Positions 1 to 9,263 of a DNA stretch of 63,622 nucleotides are shown here, piece after piece; the first letter of the stretch is position 1; every line of letters starts with the position of its first letter. The notes beneath the pieces are model-generated. The model searched no databases. It worked only from the letters and a program-made list of their open reading frames with translations, and was not told the origin of the DNA. Source of the DNA: a virus (lineage: Duplodnaviria > Caudoviricetes); the IMG/VR virus record IMGVR_UViG_3300045747_000073, positions 1-63,622 of that record; one strand, 5' to 3'. The translations under genes were made by a program, and so were the position numbers.

Positions 1-167
1 TCCCTTGGATAAGACACCAAGACTCAAGAAGGTATTGGGGTGGGCAACCACACTAACCATGCTGGCTAGCCTAGGTAAGGCGGCTCTAAGCTCACAGGTA
101 GAGCTTGCTATGTCTACCCTAGGTACACCGGGTGACTTGGTAAACAAGCAGATTAAGAGCTACACTA
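1..167. repeat. Terminal overlap with 63456-63622 (assembly circularity)
   Basis: Sequences identical except A127 vs G63582; lies inside a gene, so it is an assembly overlap rather than a physical terminal repeat. Confidence 0.97.
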
Positions 168-1414
168 GTAACTTTGCCCGAGAGATTCGTAGTGATATGA
201 ATAAGTTTGGGTCATGGTCTACTGCATCACTGCACTTATCAGCACTGAACTCGTTAGAGATACCACGTAATATCCCTTCTGAAGATCTTAAAATGAAGAT
301 TGAGAAGTATGAGAACGAGTTAGCAGCTAGCCCCGATGAGAAAAGATTAGGTGAAATATCTAATGAGCTTGAGTCATTGTACAACAAATATGCTGGACAC
401 AACCTGTTTGATCGTTTAGGTTACAACGATACAGGCTACAACACCCAGACTAAGTTCGAGTATGAAGACTCAAACATGAAGACTGCTATGCATCTGTTCT
501 CGACAGTAATCCTTTTGAGGGCGCAGACAGACTCAACCAGATTGGCTGTGCTAAGTGTTGCTGGTGATACTGTAATGGGTAAGCTGCAGTCTCTGATGAT
601 GGTTCCTAAGGATAAGTGGGAAGGTATGTTCCAGCGTGGTGAACACATCACTAACGAGCAGGCTCAATCACTTAGGGAACTTGAGATGTATGGTATGGAT
701 GTGCCTATGATGATGGCTGCTATGTCTAAAGCAGATGGGGTTAACCTGTTCAATAAGGATGGCTCTATAGCTGATGCTTATAAGCCAATGTCAGAGAACT
801 TGTATACCACCTTAGGTAACCTAGTAGACTCACGGGTGGTCAACCCGCAAGCCCACAACCTGCCTAAGTACTTCAACGATCCTCGTCTACGTGTCATCAC
901 AGCAATGGGGCGGTTCATGGCAACGGCACATGCAGTTGTACTGCCTAGACTCTACCGCCAGTACTTGCTGGACGGTAACGTAGGTATGCGCTATCAAGCA
1001 TTTAGTGTTATTGCTGGTGCGTTGTTGCTAGGTGCTGTAGCAAACATGCTGAAAGACCAACTATCCTACGGGGAAGATAGCCCGTATATTAACGGGAAGA
1101 GAAAGAATATCCAGAGGACAATCAACTCGTCAGGTATTATAGGACAATATGAAAGAATCGTGGATAATGTATTCCCAATCTATCCACAAACTGGTGCTAA
1201 ATTTTCCAATAACCCTGCATTATGGTTAGGCAGTCAAGTTACACAGGCATCCCCTGTGCTCAGCTGGGCTACTAAACCTGTTGCCGGGGCTATAGCCATT
1301 GGAGAGGGTAACACACCGAAGGGGATTAAAAGCCTTGTAAGGGCCTCACCACTTGTAGGCAGCTTCCCACAAGCAGCATCCTACATTTCATCACTATTTA
1401 AGAAGGAAAACTAA
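5..1414 (+). CDS. C-terminal part of the 1380-aa putative internal virion/ejection protein that starts at 60727
   Basis: Position 5 equals 63460, which is in frame with the ATG at 60727 (911 codons upstream). Confidence 0.85.
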   Translation: MDKTPRLKKVLGWATTLTMLASLGKAALSSQVELAMSTLGTPGDLVNKQIKSYTSNFAREIRSDMNKFGSWSTASLHLSALNSLEIPRNIPSEDLKMKIEKYENELAASPDEKRLGEISNELESLYNKYAGHNLFDRLGYNDTGYNTQTKFEYEDSNMKTAMHLFSTVILLRAQTDSTRLAVLSVAGDTVMGKLQSLMMVPKDKWEGMFQRGEHITNEQAQSLRELEMYGMDVPMMMAAMSKADGVNLFNKDGSIADAYKPMSENLYTTLGNLVDSRVVNPQAHNLPKYFNDPRLRVITAMGRFMATAHAVVLPRLYRQYLLDGNVGMRYQAFSVIAGALLLGAVANMLKDQLSYGEDSPYINGKRKNIQRTINSSGIIGQYERIVDNVFPIYPQTGAKFSNNPALWLGSQVTQASPVLSWATKPVAGAIAIGEGNTPKGIKSLVRASPLVGSFPQAASYISSLFKKEN

Positions 1415-4400
1415 ATGGCAACAATCATTCAGGGAAGACCAGTAACACGGGTTCCATCGGCTTCCACATCAGAGCGAATGCTCGCCTATCTTGGGGTGAA
1501 CCCTAATCTGGTTCCACCGATTGAAGAGGCAGTTGTTCCCGGGGCAGAAGCCTCACAGCAAGCGGTAGATACTATTGTTCCGGAGATGCTAGCGGTACCC
1601 CCGCTAGGGGGTCGGGGGAACTCTGCCGTACAGTTCGCCCCACCACTCGAACCAACATCTACACCGGAAGACTTGGCTATGCTCTCTCAATCGCCGATGG
1701 CGGGTAGAGAACGTTATTCAGTTGAGAACGTGGGTGGTGTTCCCGTTATGGATCCTGCTACTGGTGCTAATAAGGTAACCCCTGTAGGCATGGATCAGTA
1801 CGCCAAAGAGCGTGCTAACCAACTACAGTCACTACCAAACTATTCCCAGATTGATTCAGGCAAGAGCCCAACCGAGTATGCCTCTGAGGTTCTTCAGGAG
1901 CATGCCCGGTCTACTGGGAAGATGACACCTGAACATGCCCGTGAGATCGAGAACTGGGCGGATACTAGTGGTAACATCTTTGGTATCATCCAAGATAGAA
2001 CGATGGCTAACCTGTTTACTCAACCTAAGTTCTTCTCAACCAACCAAGACTATCTTGATGCAGGGCTTAAGGTTCCTGCTGCTACAGAGTTGATTGTTGA
2101 GAACGGATTAGAGGGGCATGAGAAGAATATTGCCACGGCTATCGGTGTGGGTATGAGCATGGGTGTTGGGCAAACACTGATGTATAAAGATGCTGATACT
2201 AAGGATCCTGTTAGTCCAACAGGTCGTACAATGACTGATGCCAGACCACTTGTGGACATCATCAATTCCACTATGGCCTTCGCTCAGAATGCCTTGGATA
2301 ATATGGGCTACAGTGTTCCACCTGAAGTTGTTCGTAAGTTTGCGACTATTCAAGCTCACTCTGAGATTGCTGATGGTAACCTTATCGAGATGAAGGATGA
2401 ACGGGGTCGTTCGGTATTTGGTGCCACACCAGACACTAAGGACTACTCCCGTAAGATGTCTTACTTAGCAGAAGCCTTGAGTGGTGATACCAAGCGTAAG
2501 GGTGTTTCATATGCACCTAATATCTCTGGATCAACCTTTACTGCACCCGGTAGCCAGCTGACTAAGGGGTCCATCACTCCTGATGGAACTAAGGCAACTA
2601 ACGCAGAAGTTGTGAAGGACTTGCTGTCATCCATCCAGTACGTTTACCGCCCTATGGATGTGGCCTACAAAGAGCTAGAGCTTAATATGATCCAAGAAGC
2701 TATGGAGCCTGAGGGTCGTTGGTCTAATAGTGAGTTTGCTAAACGTAACAAGGTGTCTAAAGCTAACTACAATGCGGCTATGGCCGAGTTCAAGCCACCA
2801 GAAGGGTATGACCCAGCAGACCCACAGCAAGTAGAGAAGTTCCAGAAGGACAAGGCAGAACATGCCCGTAGCGTTATCAATGATAAGCTTAAGCTGTTGA
2901 ACTATGATGTCAACACTGCTAAGGGTATCGCCGCCCCATTCTATATCTCCTTGTTGCATGACAACGCTAACCAACGGTTCTACGAGAACACTCGCGGTGC
3001 TGATGCAACTAACTCTAAGACCGGTGTTCGTGAGATGCGTAATCCGTTGAACCAAGACTGGGTTCGTCCTACTAGTTTGTTTGATTCCAAAGAAGTTGAA
3101 CGGATTAAACGGGAAGGCACTGCTGCCCTGTATAAGAACGGTAATGCTAGACAGACTGCCTTTGACAACATGAATATCTCTGATCTGAATGCGGTTGGAA
3201 CAATGATTGCTGCTGTAATTAACTACAATACAGTAGTGAACTCAGACAAGACCGTGCTTAAGCTTCCTGAGAGTGTTCTGTTGGGTATGTATACCCCTGC
3301 TATTGGTGGTGCCTTGGCGCAGTTAGGTGCCCAGTACAAAGCATTCATGGCTAATCCTAAGCAGGGCGATCATACCAATATCAAGCAACACCTAGCGGCC
3401 ATGCCTACTGGTGAAGCACTGGGTAATAAGAACTTGTGGGATAGCTTGGATTCTCTGCTGACCGGGTTCAATGATCCCAACCTCAAGCAGAAGCACGTAC
3501 TAATGTCCTATCTGAACTTTGATGACGGTAATCAGAATGGTATCTTCTTGCAGTCTTTGTTCTATGGTGACTCACCCAATGCTCGTCGTCTGGGTACGTT
3601 CGATCCTACTCTAAACGACATGCGGCAGTTAGCTAGTGGTGTTATTAAGGGTGAGATCAAGAACTTACTAAAGGACAACCCAGAAGCACTCGCTGCTTGG
3701 GGTAACTTCTTTGATGATGTCGGTAAGGATGACAAGTTCGCGGCAGATATGTTCAAGAAGCCTATCATGCGTAACTCGTATGGTATGGATGCTTCCATGT
3801 TTGAGACCCACATCTTTGACTTCTTGGTAGAGAAAGAGGATGCATTTACTAAGCATGTACTAGATACTGGTGTATACAAAGACATGGGTGAGGCTGCAGC
3901 AATGCTCAACAGGGCATTAGAAGCAACACTCCATAAGATTGTTAATCAGCAGTATAGCTCAGTGGTTAAGGCGGCAGGTCGTATGATGGCAGCAGTTGGT
4001 GGATACCCTATTCTTAAAGCACCTGACGGTGACGATATGGTTCTTACACCAGTAAGTCTACAGGGTGTTAACCAACAAGCTAACGACAAGCTTGAGTACC
4101 GCACCCTGCTTAGTGGTGAACGGGTTATGGTTAAGAACAAGGCATACAAGACGGTTGATATTGCTACCGAGGGTGGTGACGTTATTAGCACACCAATAGC
4201 CACTCGCCAAGCCAATCCCGCGTTCCATAAGGGTGTACAGACCTATTACCACGATGGTACTGGCGAGGTATCTACCTTCAAGAACTTCGCAGGCTCAGGT
4301 CTGAAGAACTACATGGCTGTGATGCCTATTCAAGGTGCTGATGGCTCGCTGGTTAAGCTTACGACACTTGCAGTGAACAAGAACAGAACCAATAAGGCTG

Positions 4401-5149
4401 TTCTGCCTGTGTCCTACAACCACGACGCTATTAACTCTACGGGGGCTGGTGCGTTGTACTATCGTAACGCCTACAACAACATTGCCATCCCACAGGCCAT
4501 CCCAGAGATTGCTAAGTTTGGTAAGAGGCTTGAAGCAGCTCTGATGCAAGAGATCCAGAAGACAAAGACTAAAGTATCTGGCATGGGCACTTGGATTGGT
4601 ATCGGTGAAGATGGTGATTACCCGGGCATGGGTGGTTTGTTTGATGAGCTATACGAGAAGATCAGACCAGACGGTTCCTACAAGAACTACTTCTTGCTCC
4701 GGCAAGGGTATGATGTAGATAATAAGTCTGTTCCTTCTGATGTTAAACAAAAGGCATTGTCCTCATGGGATAAGTACTCCGGTAAGATCAAGGACGCAAT
4801 CAACGAGGCTAAGAAGCTGGGTTGGCGTGAGCCCGGGTCTATTGATGAGAACATCCGGGCTGTTGCTGTTGTCAAGCAAGCAGACTATATCAAGATGATT
4901 GATCTGGCGGGTAGACAGCTTAAATTGTTTGGTGACTCCGACAGCAAGCTACACTCTTGGGCCGCTAACTTTGAGAACAAGGTTCTTAAGACGGGTCGTG
5001 ACTTAGCCCTAGCCACTAAGCAGGGCGGTATCGGGCAGATGACTGCTTCGGGTGGCGCTAAGGCAATGTCAGCGGATAAGCTGTATAGCAAACCAATTAC
5101 CGGGTCTCCTGAGCCAAGCACTACTAACCAAGAAGAAACCCCTTTCTAA
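1415..5149 (+). CDS. Divergent single-subunit RNA polymerase, putatively virion-associated (1244 aa)
   Basis: Ordered motifs NQRFY, FDDGNQNG (A, D704), KKPIMRNSYG (B, K781-x7-Y789-G), PIQGADG, NHDAI (C, D1004); last gene of the ejection-protein block. Confidence 0.8.
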   Translation: MATIIQGRPVTRVPSASTSERMLAYLGVNPNLVPPIEEAVVPGAEASQQAVDTIVPEMLAVPPLGGRGNSAVQFAPPLEPTSTPEDLAMLSQSPMAGRERYSVENVGGVPVMDPATGANKVTPVGMDQYAKERANQLQSLPNYSQIDSGKSPTEYASEVLQEHARSTGKMTPEHAREIENWADTSGNIFGIIQDRTMANLFTQPKFFSTNQDYLDAGLKVPAATELIVENGLEGHEKNIATAIGVGMSMGVGQTLMYKDADTKDPVSPTGRTMTDARPLVDIINSTMAFAQNALDNMGYSVPPEVVRKFATIQAHSEIADGNLIEMKDERGRSVFGATPDTKDYSRKMSYLAEALSGDTKRKGVSYAPNISGSTFTAPGSQLTKGSITPDGTKATNAEVVKDLLSSIQYVYRPMDVAYKELELNMIQEAMEPEGRWSNSEFAKRNKVSKANYNAAMAEFKPPEGYDPADPQQVEKFQKDKAEHARSVINDKLKLLNYDVNTAKGIAAPFYISLLHDNANQRFYENTRGADATNSKTGVREMRNPLNQDWVRPTSLFDSKEVERIKREGTAALYKNGNARQTAFDNMNISDLNAVGTMIAAVINYNTVVNSDKTVLKLPESVLLGMYTPAIGGALAQLGAQYKAFMANPKQGDHTNIKQHLAAMPTGEALGNKNLWDSLDSLLTGFNDPNLKQKHVLMSYLNFDDGNQNGIFLQSLFYGDSPNARRLGTFDPTLNDMRQLASGVIKGEIKNLLKDNPEALAAWGNFFDDVGKDDKFAADMFKKPIMRNSYGMDASMFETHIFDFLVEKEDAFTKHVLDTGVYKDMGEAAAMLNRALEATLHKIVNQQYSSVVKAAGRMMAAVGGYPILKAPDGDDMVLTPVSLQGVNQQANDKLEYRTLLSGERVMVKNKAYKTVDIATEGGDVISTPIATRQANPAFHKGVQTYYHDGTGEVSTFKNFAGSGLKNYMAVMPIQGADGSLVKLTTLAVNKNRTNKAVLPVSYNHDAINSTGAGALYYRNAYNNIAIPQAIPEIAKFGKRLEAALMQEIQKTKTKVSGMGTWIGIGEDGDYPGMGGLFDELYEKIRPDGSYKNYFLLRQGYDVDNKSVPSDVKQKALSSWDKYSGKIKDAINEAKKLGWREPGSIDENIRAVAVVKQADYIKMIDLAGRQLKLFGDSDSKLHSWAANFENKVLKTGRDLALATKQGGIGQMTASGGAKAMSADKLYSKPITGSPEPSTTNQEETPF

Positions 5150-5201
5150 ATTAAAACCCCACAAGGTATCCTTATAGGACGCCTTGTGGGGTTATATTTT
5201 T
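5148..5201. terminator. Bidirectional rho-independent terminator between convergent arms
   Basis: AACCCCACAAGG...CCTTGTGGGGTT stem (5155-5193) with A-rich left flank and T-rich right flank. Confidence 0.85.
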
Positions 5202-5445
5202 AGTTCATTGCTTCTTTGATTCGTGACCGTGCTAACTCAGCTTGGGAGTCTGCTCGTGCCCTTGCTGCTCCCGCATCCATACCTCGACGGATATACTCGT
5301 TGTAGTTCTCTTGCTGCATCTTGCTCACTGCGGCTGCGTTGATCTTAGGGGTGCCAGCTAGCTTAGGGTCTAGCCCTAACTCTTGGCATACCTCTTCGTC
5401 TGTAGTGTCTCCACCACGGAGGGCATCTAGGTTGTAGTGTTTCAT
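5200..5445 (-). CDS. Hypothetical protein (81 aa)
   Basis: ORF abuts the Dps stop and ends at the terminator. Confidence 0.7.
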   Translation of the reverse strand: MKHYNLDALRGGDTTDEEVCQELGLDPKLAGTPKINAAAVSKMQQENYNEYIRRGMDAGAARARADSQAELARSRIKEAMN

Positions 5446-5927
5446 TTAATACTCTTCCCGGCTGATGCCTTTACTTTCCAGTTCAATTTGTTGAGTGCTT
5501 TGCTGTAGTCACCCAGCATAGTAGCTACACCAGCATAACCAGAGTCTTCTGCTAGATCATAGAGTGCTTGTGTTGACTCAATAAGCTCATCAAGCTCTTC
5601 GTTCATCTCAATCATCATTGACTTACTGTCCTTGACGCTGGGTTCAGCCTCATCTACTGAGGATGCGCTAATCAATTGCTCAAGGCTAGTTAGCACAGGC
5701 TTGTCTAGTTGCCTAATGGTTTCACCAAGGGTATCATGGGATTCCCACAAGTACTCATAGATCTCTTGGAAGAGCATGTGGTCTTGTAGAAAAGTTGGAC
5801 CCTGAATATTGAAATGAAAGATGTGTGACTTAAAGTACACAAGAAAGTTATCTGCCCATAGCTTCTGAAGTGGTGCTGCGATAGCACCATTACTACCAGT
5901 ACTCAACGGTGATTTATTTGTTGCCAT
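5442..5927 (-). CDS. dps: Dps/ferritin-like protein
   Basis: KSHIFHFNIQGPTFLQDHMLFQEIY...DTLGE ferroxidase-centre pattern; start reassigned to ATG 5927 after AAGGAA. Confidence 0.88.
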   Translation of the reverse strand: MATNKSPLSTGSNGAIAAPLQKLWADNFLVYFKSHIFHFNIQGPTFLQDHMLFQEIYEYLWESHDTLGETIRQLDKPVLTSLEQLISASSVDEAEPSVKDSKSMMIEMNEELDELIESTQALYDLAEDSGYAGVATMLGDYSKALNKLNWKVKASAGKSIK

Positions 5928-6027
5928 TTGATTGTTCCTTATCTTGTTTCTTCTTACCGAAGATTTGTTCATAGTTATCCCTGTACTTCTCTTGATCTAC
6001 AGGTCGTGGGCATGAGCCTTTACTCAT
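5914..6027 (-). CDS. Small protein MSKGSCPRPVDQEKYRDNYEQIFG... (37 aa)
   Basis: AAGGAG RBS, ATG, TAA at 5916-5914; below the ORF-track cutoff. Confidence 0.6.
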   Translation of the reverse strand: MSKGSCPRPVDQEKYRDNYEQIFGKKKQDKEQSNGNK

Positions 6028-6175
6028 CATTACTCCTTATTGTTCATTGCTGTTTACGCCTCAGCAGTATGTCTAACGTGCATACCGTATATTACAGGAC
6101 GAGATCAGATCACCATCCTTTCCAGTGGGTTAATTAAGAATAACTAACTGAAGGGTATGCCTTTAGAGGCGCCCT

Positions 6176-6192
6176 CCTTTAGGTACCAGCTA
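6176..6192 (-). promoter_or_regulatory. Putative phage RNAP promoter TAGCTGGTACCTAAAGG
   Basis: Copy of the 17-bp repeat family, upstream of the dps block. Confidence 0.8.
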
Positions 6193-6321
6193 ATTTTCTT
6201 AGTTGGTACTCATACCACTCCATTAAGTAATTTTGTCTACCATACTTTTCCCGTAGCCTTCGTGATCTAAGATACACATCCCTTGGTATGGGCATATCTA
6301 ATACATAGCCAACACAGGTAT

Positions 6322-6534
6322 TCATCCAAACTTCCTTTCCAATAATGCTAAGATCTCTTCCAAGTCAATATCAGAGACCTCATCCAAGTCATCTAAATCG
6401 AACGGCTTGTCAGGGTATATCTTAAGCAACTCATCACGAGTTACCCACTGAGTATTACCCGGCCAGTAACCCGCATGGTAGTGCATGTCATCGGGGTATT
6501 CACTTCCTAGATCATGCATACACCACTCACACAA
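6322..6534 (-). CDS. Hypothetical protein (70 aa)
   Basis: ORF overlapping the nrdJ end in a co-oriented run. Confidence 0.5.
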   Translation of the reverse strand: MCEWCMHDLGSEYPDDMHYHAGYWPGNTQWVTRDELLKIYPDKPFDLDDLDEVSDIDLEEILALLERKFG

Positions 6535-7417
6535 GCTAATTGTTGAACACCCTCAACCTGATCGGAGTATTCCTCGAAGTCATTCCAATCAATCCCGGCA
6601 GGAATCTTAGCAGCCATATCCTTGTACTCCTGTTCAGTGCATTCTTCGTAGGGTGCTTGTTGATATGTGCCACCATCGTCCGGCAGGAACGATACGCCAG
6701 TACACTCATCGAAGTGGTTATAAACCCATGACCCAACCTCCATCCATTCATTCTCCTTTATGGAGATAGTTACTGATGGATTATGGTCAGTGTACCATGT
6801 CTTGTACTTGAGCCATAGTTCTAAGTGTTGAATCGCCGTAAGATCCTTCTTAGTAAACCCGGCGCATTTCTGTGGAAACGAGAAAACCACAGTATCTTGA
6901 GGTTTCATAACGCAGTCTTCATGAGGGAATCCTTGCTCAATAAGGAAGGTAGTCATTGGATCCTTCTTATCCTGTCGAATACGACGAATGTAGAAGGGTG
7001 CATGCCCCGGGTGGATACCACTAGATGTCTGAGTAAGCTGGCTCACCGTGCCCTCAGGTTTGATCGTGGTGATTGCCTTTGACCGTGGGATGCCCAGGGT
7101 ATCAGCCCAGATATTGTTTGTCTCTGTGGCACAATCTGATAGCTTCTTGAGGATGTGCTCAAGAGAGATGATAGACTCACCACGGAGGATTGGGTTGTCA
7201 AGGATACCAGTCATGGATACACCCAACAAACGCTCCTCTTCAGTGTTCTGCTGCCAGATCTTACGCAGATACGGGAAGTCAGTGAGGGTGGCTTGCATGG
7301 TACCCATGATAGTAGCAATGCGTACTTTCTCCAGCAAGGTTTCGATGGTATCTTGTGGGGATACTACTACAGTAGATAGGTTACAAAATTGTTGTGGACG
7401 CAATAAAATCTCTCCAC
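6507..7417 (-). CDS. nrdJ: Class II ribonucleotide reductase, exon 2
   Basis: (C)GEILLRPQQFCNL, TTIKPEGTVS, C-terminal CVSGVC. Confidence 0.92.
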
Positions 7418-7513
7418 CTTACTGTTACTTCGGTTGTTGCGTACAACCTACTGACCACTTGCCTGTGGCGGGGTGACTCTTCATTCACCCTCTAGAGTTT
7501 CTTTTGTTATACT

Positions 7514-8140
7514 CTAGATCAGACTATCGCATGTAATATGTTTCCACGTTCTATTGTATCGAATATTGTTTATAACACAGTGTTTAACATCAAAGATATT
7601 GGCAATTTCTTTTGTAGTTTTATCGGTGATTAGCAAGCTTTTAATTTCCTTAACTTGCTTCTCATCCAGAATTGCTCTACCATTCTTTGATCCGGCTTGT
7701 ATACCTCTATAGATATCCGGTCGTTCTGAATGTATCTTCAATGCTCGTTTGCTACGGGCTTCTTTGGTGTCCTTCTTGCTTATGGCAAGTTTGGTTGCCT
7801 CAGAAGTTGCTTTCCTGTGCTTTTCTTTATTCTCGGGTATGTTGTACCAACTAGGTTCAACCCCTAACTCACCACCCATTTGAAGGTTTAACCCAATCAT
7901 TTGTGTGGGTCTATAGTAAGCCTCTGCCAAGAGAGCTTCCTGTAAACTTAGGCTTTGATCCATCATTTCTATTTCGATATCTGACCAAGCGGTTGACTTT
8001 AAGAAACATACCAGAGGTGTCTGGTGTTTGTTCCTTCTGTGCCCACGAATTCGCTCAGATAGGTCTTTAGTTATTCCAACATAGCCCTCTGACATAACGT
8101 CTGTGTGACCTTTATGCCTAATCCAATATACTGTGTACAT
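7514..8140 (-). CDS. Intron-encoded GIY-YIG homing endonuclease with C-terminal HTH-like region
   Basis: VYWIRH...GYVGITK; lies in the P8 loop and extends through P7'. Confidence 0.85.
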   Translation of the reverse strand: MYTVYWIRHKGHTDVMSEGYVGITKDLSERIRGHRRNKHQTPLVCFLKSTAWSDIEIEMMDQSLSLQEALLAEAYYRPTQMIGLNLQMGGELGVEPSWYNIPENKEKHRKATSEATKLAISKKDTKEARSKRALKIHSERPDIYRGIQAGSKNGRAILDEKQVKEIKSLLITDKTTKEIANIFDVKHCVINNIRYNRTWKHITCDSLI

Positions 8141-8182
8141 AATTACCCCTCTCACTTAGTCGTTCACGGTGAATAACTTTCT

Positions 8183-8199
8183 CCTATAGGTACCGGCTA
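8183..8199 (-). promoter_or_regulatory. Putative phage RNAP promoter inside the intron, TAGCCGGTACCTATAGG
   Basis: 17-bp family copy about 43 nt upstream of the endonuclease ATG. Confidence 0.8.
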
Positions 8200-8293
8200 G
8201 CGCCCTGCAAAGAAAACTATCCTTCCGCCCTGTCGCCTACTGCTAGGCTTCCAAGTCAATCAGAGAGGGTTTTAAATCCGCATGTAATTATTT

Positions 8294-9263
8294 ACGGATT
8301 GACCCCATATTCTACGTCAGCACTCCGAAGACCCTTCTTACTAGCCTGCTTCTGTGCTGCTTCACGATTGAAGATACCACGTTCACCGGAGTGGCTATCA
8401 TAGATTGACAACCATTCCTTCATGAACTCACCGATGGAAGGCTTCTCAGTGTATACTGCAGAGTTATTAGCTAGTGCTCGTTCTGGGGTATGCTCCCACC
8501 AGTTACCAGACTTAGCTGTGGAATGGGAGTAGCTATTCAGGTCACCCAAGCTAATGAGTGCGGATCGACGTACACCACCCACCACTACAACCTCACCAAT
8601 CTTGCACATCAGATCATGGCACTCGATAGGTTTCAGCTTACGACCCTGAGCCTGTTTGAACTTCTCTACGGTGTATTCAAACAAAGAGACCAATGGGGCA
8701 GGACCACTAGCACGACCACCGAAGGTCTTGAGTGGTGCTCCGGCGGGACGTACCCGGGAGACATCCCAACTGAGGATATTACCTTTGTACAAGCTATAGA
8801 GCAACGTCTTGTATGCCTCGCACCAACCCTCTTTGCTGTCCTCTACAGGGATCTTGATGAAGGTGCAATCATACAGGCTAGGAACCTCTGGAAGCTTCTC
8901 AGTGTATTGTTTCTCACAAGAGAAGCCTACACCAGTACCATTCAACAGGATATACATGGCTTCATCGAACGATCGTGGGTCATCTACCGTGATATACGAA
9001 CAGTTGTAGCCGGACACCGGTGATCGTTCCAATGCTGGGCCTGCGGTCATGACTGAGCGCATGGATGGCAGTGCCTTTAGACTGACAATGTTCTCATACA
9101 GGGTGCCCCAGATACGAGCATCTTTAGGGATCTTGTTGTCGAGTTTAGTACTGAAGTAATCCACCCAACGGAATGCTGTCTCATCCCAGTCTTCACGACG
9201 GTTCTGATCTGGGAGATAACGGGAGTACCTGGACTTCGAGATTACCTTTTGATACTGATTCAT
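8294..9263 (-). CDS. nrdJ: Class II ribonucleotide reductase, exon 1
   Basis: SRYSRY, LPSMR, YNCSY, GTGVGFS, VVVGGVRRSALISL; ends GVNP. Confidence 0.92.

Larger units (their letters stand above)
7418..8293 (-). mobile_element. Group I intron in nrdJ (876 nt)
   Basis: 5' exon ends in U and pairs AAUCCGU/GCGGAUU (P1); P3 CCCUCUC/GAGAGGG; P7 GACUA/UAGUC; terminal G; removal restores NP-C-GE in frame (626 aa). Confidence 0.93.
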
